From Treponema sp. (GTDB taxonomy: Bacteria; Spirochaetota; Spirochaetia; Treponematales; Breznakiellaceae), in NCBI GenBank assembly GCA_031279975.1, contig JAITHL010000131.1, forward strand, positions 1,505-65,504: a stretch of 64,000 nucleotides of DNA, read 5' to 3'. Of the stretch, positions 1-8,198 are shown piece after piece (positions within the stretch are counted from its first letter, which is position 1; each line of letters begins with the position of its first letter). The notes beneath the pieces are model-generated. The model made no database searches. It saw only the letters and a list, made by a program, of their open reading frames with translations, and was not told the DNA's origin. The position numbers and the translations under genes were made by a program.

Positions 1-983
1 GTTCCCTTTCCCCCGGCGGGACCCTTTGCGCCGAAGCCCCGGCGGGCCGGCCCTTCATCTGCCCCTTGCTGGATATGTATGAAACCGCCCTTTCCGGGGT
101 CCTGCGCTGGCGGCCTGATTGGCCGGCGGACCTGCCGCCCGACGCCTTTCAACTCCCGGAAACTACGGTGTCCGCCATTGCGCTGCGCTTTCCCCCGGGC
201 GGGGAATTGATACTCCGGCGGAACAGCCAAGGCATATTGACCGAATTTCCCCTGTTGCTGGGAGACTCGTTCTATGGCGTTGCCATACGTCTAAGCCCTG
301 GGGGGGCCGTCCAGGGCTTTAGGGTTGCAGCCGAAGAACCCTGGCATATAACATTGTTCAGCCCCGCCGCGGCCCCCGGCCTCCCCCAGTCGGCCTGGGT
401 AAGCGATGGGGCCGCCGTCCATGTCGCGCGGTTTTTCTATGCCAGTTCCCAGGCATGGGAAGTCTGGCATGACGAGCGGGGGGCTGTGCTGGGAACCTAT
501 ACCTATTGCCGTAGCGGTTCGGACGGCAAAGCCCGGCTTGCGGCCCTGCAAGACGGGGATGGAACGCCCCGGGAAGCCTATTACTATGACGCCTGGGGCA
601 ATGTGTCCGCCGTCAGCTCCAGCCGGGGCGAGTTTTCCGCCCTCTATGTCCAGCAGGGGCGGCCCCGGTACTGGACCCGGCAATTACCGGCCCCGCTTGC
701 CGGGGCGGGGGAACAGCCGGAGGTCCTGGAAACGGCGCCCCGGCTGGAGCGGTATGCCCTGCAATGGGATGAGGGGGCCTTTTTAAGGCGGATGACCGGC
801 CCCGGCGGCGCTGAGGGGGGCGAGGGCCGGGACTATACCTACCGCCTGGATATGCGGGAGAACTGGATGGAACGGCGGGAGCGTTCTGGGAAGGGAAGCG
901 CCCCTTCCGGGGGGCGTATTACGCGCTTGATTGGGTATCAGGATGAAACGAGAGACGCCATGGCGCTTGGCGGGGGGCGGTAA
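1..983 (+). CDS. YD/RHS-repeat-like protein, C-terminal portion (frame open to window start)
   Basis: ORF 66..983. The same frame has no stop back to nt 3, so the gene probably starts upstream of the window. YD-type motifs: GTYTYCRSGSDG, REAYYYDAWGNVSAV, RDYTYRLD. Confidence 0.4.
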   Translation, partial: SLSPGGTLCAEAPAGRPFICPLLDMYETALSGVLRWRPDWPADLPPDAFQLPETTVSAIALRFPPGGELILRRNSQGILTEFPLLLGDSFYGVAIRLSPGGAVQGFRVAAEEPWHITLFSPAAAPGLPQSAWVSDGAAVHVARFFYASSQAWEVWHDERGAVLGTYTYCRSGSDGKARLAALQDGDGTPREAYYYDAWGNVSAVSSSRGEFSALYVQQGRPRYWTRQLPAPLAGAGEQPEVLETAPRLERYALQWDEGAFLRRMTGPGGAEGGEGRDYTYRLDMRENWMERRERSGKGSAPSGGRITRLIGYQDETRDAMALGGGR

Positions 984-985
984 GT

Positions 986-1261
986 ATGGGCGGCGCAGCC
1001 GATTGGCGGAACGTTACCTATGAGGAAACGCTGGAGGAAGAACTCCGCGCTATTAGCAGGCGGCGGGAAGCGGACCGCTCGTGTACGGTGGCGGACCTTG
1101 AGGGGGTCTTGGCCAACCTCTATCAGGTGGAAGGCGCCGATTGGGGAGGCCGGGGGGAAGTCCAGGAGGCGGCGCTTTCCGCCACGATAGCGGCCTATGA
1201 GCTGGCCATAGCCCAATGGAAGGCGGAGCCCTCCCCGCATGGCCAGCAAGAAAAGGGGTGA
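986..1261 (+). CDS. hypothetical acidic 91-aa protein coupled to the YD-repeat ORF
   Basis: ATG at 986 lies 2 nt after TAA 981-983. No recognisable motif. Confidence 0.3.
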   Translation: MGGAADWRNVTYEETLEEELRAISRRREADRSCTVADLEGVLANLYQVEGADWGGRGEVQEAALSATIAAYELAIAQWKAEPSPHGQQEKG

Positions 1262-1429
1262 GCTTGTTACCTTGGGGGGCATCCGTTGTTTTATGAACAG
1301 CCATGTTAATCAATGCCGGGTTTCCCAGCGGTGATCCCCAGTATGTCCCGGATGATTGCATTGGATTGATCTGGGCCCTCAAAACCCCGCGTTTGCGGGG
1401 TCTTACCATCCTCATTCCCTTTTTAGCGC

Positions 1430-1462
1430 GCCCCGGGGTTACTCCTTTCCCCGGGGCTTTTT
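1430..1462 (+). terminator. rho-independent terminator-like hairpin
   Basis: Perfect 9-bp stem GCCCCGGGG(1430-1438)/CCCCGGGGC(1449-1457), 10-nt loop, then TTTTT 1458-1462. Confidence 0.5.
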
Positions 1463-1513
1463 ATAGTATATATTCAAATACAGGGGGAAATAAAAAACCT
1501 TGAGGAGTTTGCT

Positions 1514-1792
1514 ATGGAATGGCGCGCAAGCCATATATTGGTAAAAGAACGGTCTTTGGCGGAAGACCTGCTTAAACGGATTAAACAGGGAGTTTCTTTT
1601 GAAGCCCTGGCGAGGGAGTTTTCAACCTGCCCCTCCAAATCCTCCGGGGGCGATCTGGGCTGGTTTGGGCCGGGGAAAATGGTTCCGGCCTTTGAATCGG
1701 CGATAAAAGGCCTTTCCGCCGGTTCTCTGGGCGGCGTGGTCCAAACCCAGTTTGGATACCATATCATTAAGTGCACCGGAAAACGGGATTAA
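1514..1792 (+). CDS. ppiC: parvulin-type peptidyl-prolyl cis-trans isomerase
   Basis: 92 aa. ASHILV...SGGDLGWFGPGKMVPAFE...TQFGYHIIK is the PpiC/parvulin signature. GAGGAG Shine-Dalgarno lies upstream. Confidence 0.85.
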   Translation: MEWRASHILVKERSLAEDLLKRIKQGVSFEALAREFSTCPSKSSGGDLGWFGPGKMVPAFESAIKGLSAGSLGGVVQTQFGYHIIKCTGKRD

Positions 1793-1820
1793 CAAGCGTT
1801 AAGTAAAAAACCGCCCGCAA

Positions 1821-1880
1821 CCGGGGGGGCCGGGGGGCCGCAGGCCCCCCGGCGGGGGCGTTGCGGGGGCGGAGCCCCCG
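1821..1880. repeat. degenerate partial copy of the GC-rich core of the 159-bp repeat
   Basis: GGGGGGCCGGGGGGCC..GGCCCCCCGGCGGGGG..GCGGGGGCGGAGCCCCCG aligns by eye (roughly three quarters identical) with 44818-44876. Confidence 0.35.
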
Positions 1881-1956
1881 CAGAGGGGGCAGCCCCCGGC
1901 CGTGCGCGGGCGCGGGGGAGCCATACCCCGCAAGAGTGTAAGCGGCAGAGGTAGTA

Positions 1957-3210
1957 ATGCCGGGAAAGCAGCTTGATTATAAGTCAATAATTGGCCTTGA
2001 TTCAGAACTCAACCGAATTCAAGATGTGGATTTACTGTTGGAACGTATTCTTTTGGAAGCCCGCAAGGTGGTCCATGCGGACGCCGGCTCTATCTATGTG
2101 AAGGAAACCATCAAAGTAAAGGGGGAAGCCCTGGACCGGCTGGCCATCCGCTATGCCCAAAACGATACCCTACAGGCGCGGCTTCCATCGGGGAATAAAC
2201 TGCCCTTTTCCACGTTTTCGGTTCCCATTAATGAAAAAGGCCAGTCCGGGTATTGCGCCTTAACAAAGAAATTGCTGAATGTGCCGGATGTATACAATAT
2301 TCCGCCGGATGTTCCCTATTCCTATAGCGACGCCTACGATAAAATGTCAGGGTATAAGACCGTTTCCGCCCTGACCTTCCCCCTCGTTACCGCGGACGAC
2401 CAGCTTTTAGGGGTCATCCAAATGCTCAACGCCAAGGATGAAAAGGGCCATACGGTTCCCTTTACCCAGGAGGATGAGTTTGTTATTACCCATTTTGCCA
2501 CGAACGCCACGATAGCCCTCCAGCGGGCCTATATAAACCGGGCCATGATACTACGGATGATAAAAATGGCGGAGCTTCGGGACCCCAAGGAAACCGGAAC
2601 CCATGTAAACCGGGTCGCGGGTTACGCGGTGGAAATATATGACCGTTGGGCCTTCCGCCATGGGATTCCAGAGAAGGAACGGGACCGTTTCAAGGATGAT
2701 TTTAAGATAGCCTCCATGCTCCATGATGTGGGCAAGGTGGCTATCTCGGATATCATCCTGAAGAAGCCATCCCGGTTTACCCCGGAAGAATTTCTGATTA
2801 TGCAGCACCATACCCTCTACGGGGCCGGCCTGTTTGACGACCTCCAGTCTTCCCTTGAACGGCTGGCCCGGGACATTGCCCTGACCCACCATGAAAACTG
2901 GGACGGCACGGGGTATCCGGGCTGGGTGGATCAGGTTACCCAGAGGCCGTTGAAAACCGCTATGGACGGAAAGGCCCTGGGGAGAAAGGGGGAAGAGATT
3001 CCCCTGGTTGGCCGGATCGTCGCCATAGCGGATGTATACGACGCCCTCTGTTCCAAACGGGTGTATAAAGAGCCCTGGACCGAGGATCAGGTATTGGAGG
3101 AATTACAGCATCTGGCGGGCGTTAAATTCGATCCTGAATTAATGGAGATTTTTTTTGAAATATATCCGAGCCTTAAGGAAATTCAAAAACGCTACCCGGA
3201 AACCTCCTGA
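1957..3210 (+). CDS. GAF-domain / HD-GYP-domain signalling protein (putative c-di-GMP phosphodiesterase)
   Basis: C-terminal HDVGK ... HHENWDGTGYPG (HD-GYP). The N-terminal ~190 aa is GAF-like (ADAGSIYV...LTFPLV...LGVIQMLNAK). Confidence 0.85.
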   Translation: MPGKQLDYKSIIGLDSELNRIQDVDLLLERILLEARKVVHADAGSIYVKETIKVKGEALDRLAIRYAQNDTLQARLPSGNKLPFSTFSVPINEKGQSGYCALTKKLLNVPDVYNIPPDVPYSYSDAYDKMSGYKTVSALTFPLVTADDQLLGVIQMLNAKDEKGHTVPFTQEDEFVITHFATNATIALQRAYINRAMILRMIKMAELRDPKETGTHVNRVAGYAVEIYDRWAFRHGIPEKERDRFKDDFKIASMLHDVGKVAISDIILKKPSRFTPEEFLIMQHHTLYGAGLFDDLQSSLERLARDIALTHHENWDGTGYPGWVDQVTQRPLKTAMDGKALGRKGEEIPLVGRIVAIADVYDALCSKRVYKEPWTEDQVLEELQHLAGVKFDPELMEIFFEIYPSLKEIQKRYPETS

Positions 3211-3267
3211 TGCGGCGCTGATTAAATCTCATCGCGGACCATAGTCCGGAATCCTGGCTGCTTACCC

Positions 3268-3426
3268 AGGGCCAGCGCATATAAACTTTTGGGCGCATTT
3301 TTGTTCCGCAAAAACCGCGCTTTCCGCTTCAATCGCTTGCACGGGACGGGGGCGCCGCCCCCGGAACCCCCGCTGGGAGGCCGAAAGCCCCCCCAGACCC
3401 CCCATAAAAAATTTATATGCGCTGGT
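3268..3426 (+). repeat. 159-bp MITE-like element: 14-bp perfect terminal inverted repeats, flanked by a 15-bp direct repeat
   Basis: TIR CCAGCGCATATAAA (3272-3285) / TTTATATGCGCTGG (3412-3425). Flanking direct repeat CCTGGCTGCTTACCC at 3253-3267 and 3427-3441. A second inverted copy lies at 44814-44953. Confidence 0.6.
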
Positions 3427-3451
3427 CCTGGCTGCTTACCCCTATTTGCGC

Positions 3452-3545
3452 AATGAAATGAACAAATAGAGGGGCGGCGTTGCGTAATGGGGCATTAAAG
3501 GGGTCCACGGATCAATACGGATGGTAAGAGCATATAATCAGTGGT
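3452..3545 (+). repeat. intergenic repeat module (AATGAAATGA-N-AAATAG ... GGGCGGCG..TTGCG ... TAATCAGTGGT), copy 1
   Basis: Shares three collinear blocks with 31434-31504. The first block has stop codons in all three forward frames. Confidence 0.5.
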
Positions 3546-3605
3546 AATCCGCGGGCCTTGTTAAAAATTCCAGACCAATCAGCGCTTCCCTAGGGCCGCC
3601 GTTGC

Positions 3606-4055
3606 TTATTGGTCCAGCCGGGTAAGGAGCCGGTCAAGGCTGTCCGCAAAGGATTTGAGTTCCCGTTTTCCATAGACAGCGTTTCGTTGTAAGGCAAGGC
3701 CGTTTTCCGCGAGGCCCACCGTAAAATTCCGGAGGGACAGCCGTTCCCGTATATTTTCCAGGGTATAGAGCCGCCCCCTATCATCAAGCACATGCACGGA
3801 GGCCGCCACCAGTCGGGAGGCCAGGGGTATATCACGGGTGATCGCCATATCCCCAGGCACGGCTAAGGCCATGATGCGATCATCCGCCGAGCCCTCCCCC
3901 GGCGGGCAGAGTTCCATGGCTATGCCCCGGCCGCTAATGTCCGGGATGGGCCTATTGGCCGCAAAGACGGCCCGCAACCCCCTGCGGATGGCCGCGCGGA
4001 TGATGAGGCCCCGGGCGGGTTTTGGGCAGGAGTCGGCGTCCACCAGGATTTTCAT
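3606..4055 (-). CDS. yaiI: UPF0178 / YaiI-YqxD family protein
   Basis: MKILVDADSCP...ITRDIPLA...IRERLSLRNF matches the conserved YaiI pattern (VDADACP, ITADIPLA, RERL.MR.F). ATGA overlap with the manA stop. Confidence 0.75.
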   Translation of the reverse strand: MKILVDADSCPKPARGLIIRAAIRRGLRAVFAANRPIPDISGRGIAMELCPPGEGSADDRIMALAVPGDMAITRDIPLASRLVAASVHVLDDRGRLYTLENIRERLSLRNFTVGLAENGLALQRNAVYGKRELKSFADSLDRLLTRLDQ

Positions 4056-5284
4056 GGGGCCGTTAAGCCGGTTTCGGCTATATAGAGCGTATAGCTGCCG
4101 CTACAGCGGACTTCTTCCGCCTTTTCTCCCGGGGCGATAAAGGCGCTTTCCCCCTTTACCAGGGCCAGCCGTTCCGTTCCCTGGGAAAGTATTACGCGCC
4201 CCTGGATGAGCAGGACTATCGCCGGCCCCGTAAGATGGAGCGGGGCGGTTCCTCCCTGGTTTTCCAGGACCCCAAGGGAAAATTCCCGGCATACCGAAGG
4301 GAAACGGGCAAAGGAGCCGCCCTCCGGCGTTTCCGCTTTGAGTATTTTGGGAAGGAAGGGGGTAAAATTCACAATTTTGAGCAGCTCCTGGATATCCACC
4401 TGTTTGGCGGTAAGCCCCCCCCGCAATACGTTGTCGGAATTTGCCATCACTTCCACCCCAAATCCTTCTAAATAGGCGTGGAGTACCCCGGGGGGAAGAA
4501 ACAGGGCTTCCCCTGGAGCAAGGTTGAGCAGATGCAGGTAGAAGGGAGCGATGGCCGCGGGGTCCTTGGGGTAGAGTCCGGCCAGATAGGCGGCGGTCCG
4601 CCACTCGGCGGCGAATGCGGGATGGCGCTTTGCAAGTTCCGGCCCGTGTTGGCGGGTATAGGCGCAGAGGAGGCTCCGGGTTTCTTCAGGGAATTCCTCC
4701 AGGGCGGCAAAGAAGTCCCGCAGGGTGGGGGCCGCCGTGAGTCCTGATAAAGCGACGGCCAAGGGCTTGGGTAATCCCTCCGTTCCGGGCCGGCTAAAAC
4801 GGTCCAGAATCTCCCGTACTGCCGCAAGGCTCCGGAAACCGCACAGCGCCCGGAAGGGCGCTAAGGCGCAGAGCAGTTCCGGTTTGTGATTCGGGTCCCG
4901 GTAATTCCGGTTCGCCGACCCAGGGGGTATGCCGGCCTGGTTTTCCCGTTCCCAGCCAAGCCGGGCTTGGCGTAAATCGGGGTGGGCCTGTATGGAAAGC
5001 GGTTGAGCCGGGGCGATACATTTTAAGAGAAAGGGCAGCGTTTCAAAGGCCTCCGCCCCATGAGGCCCAAGATAAAAACGGGGATTTTGCTGAATCAGAT
5101 GCCCTAAAAAAGGCAAGGCCCCGTCAAGCTCCGCTTGAGAAGGGCCTTCGGGATGCGTCCCCATCCACAGTTCGGCCCAGGGTTCCCCGGCGGGATTCGC
5201 CGCTCCTACGAGCCGGGGTATCCACGCCGGAGAACCCCAGGCATATTTTTTTATGGTGGTATGTAATTTTAAAAGGCGGTTCAT
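4052..5284 (-). CDS. manA: mannose-6-phosphate isomerase, class I
   Basis: KYAWGS...ELWMGTHP...LSIQAHPD...HAYLEG are type I PMI motifs. Confidence 0.85.
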   Translation of the reverse strand: MNRLLKLHTTIKKYAWGSPAWIPRLVGAANPAGEPWAELWMGTHPEGPSQAELDGALPFLGHLIQQNPRFYLGPHGAEAFETLPFLLKCIAPAQPLSIQAHPDLRQARLGWERENQAGIPPGSANRNYRDPNHKPELLCALAPFRALCGFRSLAAVREILDRFSRPGTEGLPKPLAVALSGLTAAPTLRDFFAALEEFPEETRSLLCAYTRQHGPELAKRHPAFAAEWRTAAYLAGLYPKDPAAIAPFYLHLLNLAPGEALFLPPGVLHAYLEGFGVEVMANSDNVLRGGLTAKQVDIQELLKIVNFTPFLPKILKAETPEGGSFARFPSVCREFSLGVLENQGGTAPLHLTGPAIVLLIQGRVILSQGTERLALVKGESAFIAPGEKAEEVRCSGSYTLYIAETGLTAP

Positions 5285-5307
5285 TGGTTTCCCCTATGGC
5301 CGGCCCG

Positions 5308-5616
5308 TTATTTCCGCCTGTCCAGGGCTTCATCAATCCGGGTTATCAGGTCCAAGGTAAGCCGTTCCGCCTCCTTTGATTCGGGGGTTTCCCGGTGCAT
5401 GGTCATTTTTTGAATTTCATCACAGAGCAAAAAACCCGTAACCATCGCTACTTTGAGGGGGTCCGTAAGGCCGGTATTTTTCCGGGTATTTTCGATATTG
5501 ATCCGGTACCGGTTTAAGATGCTTTCCAGATAGGTGGAATCTTCATCGGCGATTAAGTAAAAAGAAGTCCCCAACAAATCAATGCGAAGGTTGCTTTTGG
5601 GCACGTCATTCCTCAA
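5308..5616 (-). CDS. zapA: cell division protein ZapA-like
   Basis: 102 aa. IDLLGTSFYLIADEDSTYLESI...DPLKVAMVTGFLLCDE fits the ZapA pattern. Overlaps the upstream coiled-coil gene by 4 nt. Confidence 0.6.
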   Translation of the reverse strand: MRNDVPKSNLRIDLLGTSFYLIADEDSTYLESILNRYRINIENTRKNTGLTDPLKVAMVTGFLLCDEIQKMTMHRETPESKEAERLTLDLITRIDEALDRRK

Positions 5617-6143
5617 AAAATGTCCAATTCCTTGGTATCAGCAGTGCCGGCGGCGTCTTGTCCGCCGTTGCCGGCGGGATAGGGGGGAACCGGGTTTTCC
5701 GCCCCATAGGGCGCCCCTTCTTCCGGCGCGGTTTCGCCTGTTTCCGCTGGCGCGCCGGATGCCTCCCCGCCGGTTCCCGCCGGTTCCTGGGGCTGGGGCT
5801 GGGGCTGGGGCTGGGGCTGGGGCGCCTCCGGGCCGCGCTCCGCTTGCGCGGCAGTCCGCGGCTCCGGGGCCAGGGCTTCCTCTTGAACCGCCGGTGAAGG
5901 CGGGCTGTTTTCTATGGTAACTTCAAACTGATTAAGCCTATCCAAGGCGGAAACAATGCCTTCCTCAATGCGGCCCTGTTCTTCCTGAAAGCTATGCAGA
6001 AGCGTCTCAAGCTCGTCATTCCGCTTTTGAATAACCTCCATTTTTTCTTTTAGCTGGATATTTTCTTCGGTTATCTGATCAACAATAGCGATTGCCTTGG
6101 CAATCTTTGTTTCAAGCAGCCGTATCTGTTCAAGGGTTACCAT
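5613..6143 (-). CDS. ZapB-like coiled-coil protein with a low-complexity (PQ)6 / Pro-Ala-Gly-rich tail
   Basis: The N-terminus LEQIRLLETKIAKAIAIVDQITEENIQLKEKMEV resembles the ZapB LE.K...AI...E..LKEK pattern. The C-terminal half is low complexity. The start lies 2 nt after the rplT stop. Confidence 0.5.
   Translation of the reverse strand: MVTLEQIRLLETKIAKAIAIVDQITEENIQLKEKMEVIQKRNDELETLLHSFQEEQGRIEEGIVSALDRLNQFEVTIENSPPSPAVQEEALAPEPRTAAQAERGPEAPQPQPQPQPQPQEPAGTGGEASGAPAETGETAPEEGAPYGAENPVPPYPAGNGGQDAAGTADTKELDIF
5787..5822. repeat. hexanucleotide tandem repeat (CTGGGG)x6
   Basis: Six perfect units, encoding PQPQPQPQPQPQ on the minus strand. Preceded by a 2x GCCGGTTCC direct repeat (5769-5786). 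Confidence 0.9.
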
Positions 6144-6145
6144 AG

Positions 6146-6505
6146 TTAGACTCCTAACGCTGTTTTTGCTTGGGCTACCACCGCCTTAAAGGCGCCGGTA
6201 TCTTCAATCGCTAAATTAGCCAGGGATTTCCGGTTAATGGCAAGCCCCGCCAGGGCGAGGCCCGCGGTCAACCGGGAATAGTTTATTCCCTCAGCCCGGC
6301 ACGCCGCGTTAATCCGGACTATCCAAAGACGCCGGAAATCCGCTTTCCTATCCCTTCTATCCCGGTAGGCATAGAACAGGCCCTTGGTTACCGCGTCCTT
6401 GGCGGCCTTATAGTTAGAATGGCGGCGGCCCCAGTACCCCTTTGCCTGTTTGAGTATCTTTTTGCGATGGTTCTTTCGTCTTAACCCATCAACTGCTCTC
6501 GGCAT
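6146..6505 (-). CDS. rplT: 50S ribosomal protein L20
   Basis: MPRAVDGLRRKNHRKKILKQAKGYWGRR...RDRRDRKADFRRLWIVRINAA. Confidence 0.97.
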   Translation of the reverse strand: MPRAVDGLRRKNHRKKILKQAKGYWGRRHSNYKAAKDAVTKGLFYAYRDRRDRKADFRRLWIVRINAACRAEGINYSRLTAGLALAGLAINRKSLANLAIEDTGAFKAVVAQAKTALGV

Positions 6506-6541
6506 ATAAACTCCTTGTTTTCCGCGCTTGCTGCCGCCGGT

Positions 6542-6742
6542 TTATCCGTAGGGTAGCAGCCGCTTTTTAATCTCCCGGACATTATCCGGCGATAAGATTC
6601 CGGCATGGCGGAGCTTCCGCTTCCGCTTACTGGACTTTTTGGTGAGAATATGGCGGAGGTTCTGCTTTTTGTACTTTACCTTCCCCGTTCCAGTAAAAGA
6701 ATACCGTTTGGCGGCGCTCTTTTTCGTTTTCATTTTCGGCAT
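6542..6742 (-). CDS. rpmI: 50S ribosomal protein L35
   Basis: [34 protein letters not shown] prefer ATG 6742 to the ORF-track TTG at 6748. Confidence 0.93.
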   Translation of the reverse strand: MPKMKTKKSAAKRYSFTGTGKVKYKKQNLRHILTKKSSKRKRKLRHAGILSPDNVREIKKRLLPYG

Positions 6743-6752
6743 AACCAACCCC

Positions 6753-7268
6753 CTACTTCTTAGACTTGGGGCTTAAAACCATGGACATAAAACGGCCCTC
6801 CATTGAAGGCGCTTTTTCCATAATATATTCCCCTTCAATACGCTTTAATACATCCTTGAGGACATCTAAACCAAGTTCGGTGTGGGCAAGCTCCCGCCCG
6901 CGGAAACGGACCGTTACCTTTACCTTATTGCCTTCGCCAAGGAAATCCCGGACATGCTTTGATTTGAAATCCAGATCATGGTCGTCAATTTTAGGCTGCA
7001 TCCGGATTTCTTTTAATTTAAGCAATTTTTGTTTCTTTTTTGAATCCCGGACCTTTTTTTCATTTTCAAACCGGTATTTCCCGTAGTCCATTATCTTGAC
7101 TACCGGCGGAACCGCCTGAGGCGCGACTTCCACAAGGTCCAGTCCTTGTTCCCGGGCTATTGCGAGCGCTTCCGGGGTTGGCATTACCAGCTGTTCGCCC
7201 TCGTCCCGGATTAACCGTACTTCCCGCACCCGAATTTGTTCGTTTATCCGTAAATCCTTATCCGCCAA
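6753..7268 (-). CDS. infC: translation initiation factor IF-3
   Basis: [13 protein letters not shown]...[19 protein letters not shown]. The probable start is TTG 7268, 4 nt after AAGGAGG (7273-7279). This gives (M)ADKDLRINE, which aligns with the N-termini of other IF-3 proteins. The ORF-track start 7316 is probably too long. Confidence 0.92.
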   Translation of the reverse strand: MADKDLRINEQIRVREVRLIRDEGEQLVMPTPEALAIAREQGLDLVEVAPQAVPPVVKIMDYGKYRFENEKKVRDSKKKQKLLKLKEIRMQPKIDDHDLDFKSKHVRDFLGEGNKVKVTVRFRGRELAHTELGLDVLKDVLKRIEGEYIMEKAPSMEGRFMSMVLSPKSKK

Positions 7269-7341
7269 CTGACCTCCTTGTTGGGTCTCCCTCTTGGAAA
7301 CCAAAGTTTCCCCCAAGGCGCGGGGCTGAAACTTCGGTATA

Positions 7342-7370
7342 ACTATACCAAAAACAGGATAATCTGTCCA
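7342..7370 (-). promoter_or_regulatory. candidate sigma70 promoter of the infC operon (TGGACA-N17-TATAGT with TG extension)
   Basis: Minus-strand reading: TGGACAgattatcctgtttttggTATAGT. A 10-bp leader hairpin follows (7292-7329). Confidence 0.35.
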
Positions 7371-7419
7371 GTAGAGGAAAAATCTTGTGTCAAGCCCCCG
7401 CCTTATGCTAGGGTAGGGT

Positions 7420-8055
7420 ATGCTGTTTTTTTGTTTCCTTTGGATTCCCCTCTTTGCGTTCTTTTGGCTTGCGTTTATTCCCGGAAAGCGCCGGGGCGTT
7501 TGGAGGGTCTGGGCGCTCTTAGGCGGGAGCGCCGCCGCCCTTATGCGGTATTATAACGGCCCCCTGGTGGGCGCCGAAGGCTTGGGGGCCGCCCGGTGGG
7601 TAAGCGCCCTGGTAGATTGGGTGGGTCTCCCGCCGGGGCTGCCCTTGCTGGTATTCGCCCTGTGTTCGGCCTTCCATATCCTCTCCGGCGCTGAGGATAT
7701 AACCCTGTTTGCGCTGTTATGGCTTATCCCAGAGGGTTTTTTATTCGCCGTAAACCGGCATATTCTGAACGAGCCCTCCCAGCTTATAGCGGCCCCCCTT
7801 TTGTGGACCGCCATTGCCGTGGGGGTTCCTTCCTTTACGCGGCGCATCCCTTCCTATCCCCCGTGGGCGGGGATAGGGGCGGTTGCGGGCAGCTTCCTGT
7901 ATTGCTTTTTAGCGGTTACGGCTTATTGGGCTTTTTTTATCCAGTATACCCTCTTAGGGTACGGCCTCTTAGGGCTTACCATGGCCGTCTTCCTTGCCGC
8001 GCTTTTGCGGACCCGGAAAATACGCCGCCGCCAAAGCCTGGGTTGGGCGGCATAA
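7420..8055 (+). CDS. hypothetical polytopic membrane protein
   Basis: 211 aa with about 6 hydrophobic helices ([48 protein letters not shown] ...). No known motif. Confidence 0.5.
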   Translation: MLFFCFLWIPLFAFFWLAFIPGKRRGVWRVWALLGGSAAALMRYYNGPLVGAEGLGAARWVSALVDWVGLPPGLPLLVFALCSAFHILSGAEDITLFALLWLIPEGFLFAVNRHILNEPSQLIAAPLLWTAIAVGVPSFTRRIPSYPPWAGIGAVAGSFLYCFLAVTAYWAFFIQYTLLGYGLLGLTMAVFLAALLRTRKIRRRQSLGWAA

Positions 8056-8089
8056 GGCCGCGCCGCGGTCTTGAGGGCAAGGCTGATTA

Positions 8090-8121
8090 GCGGCCCTAAT
8101 CAAAAGGGGCCGCGGATTTTT
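8090..8121 (+). terminator. terminator-like hairpin after the membrane-protein gene
   Basis: 7-bp stem GCGGCCC(8090-8096)/GGGCCGC(8107-8113), then GGA TTTTT (8117-8121). Overlaps a CTGATTAG/CTAATCA motif. Confidence 0.45.
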
Positions 8122-8198
8122 ACCGGTTGCCGGGGCGTATAATCCGTGGATTGTATGAAAAAGCCCGCAAAGACGCGCCCTTCCCAGCGGCTTGCGGC

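Noticed and set aside
1799-1987. 62-aa minus-strand ORF, plus the small ORFs within 3211-3605
   Set aside because: They are composed of the GC-rich repeat sequence (PPGGLRPPGPPG...). These are repeat-derived pseudo-ORFs.
5787-5822. (CTGGGG)6 and the many palindromes considered as a CRISPR array, and the plus-strand ORF 5582-5920 with a (GA)n peptide
   Set aside because: There is no repeat-spacer periodicity and the units are contiguous 6-mers inside a coding region. The plus-strand ORF is the antisense of the ZapB-like gene.
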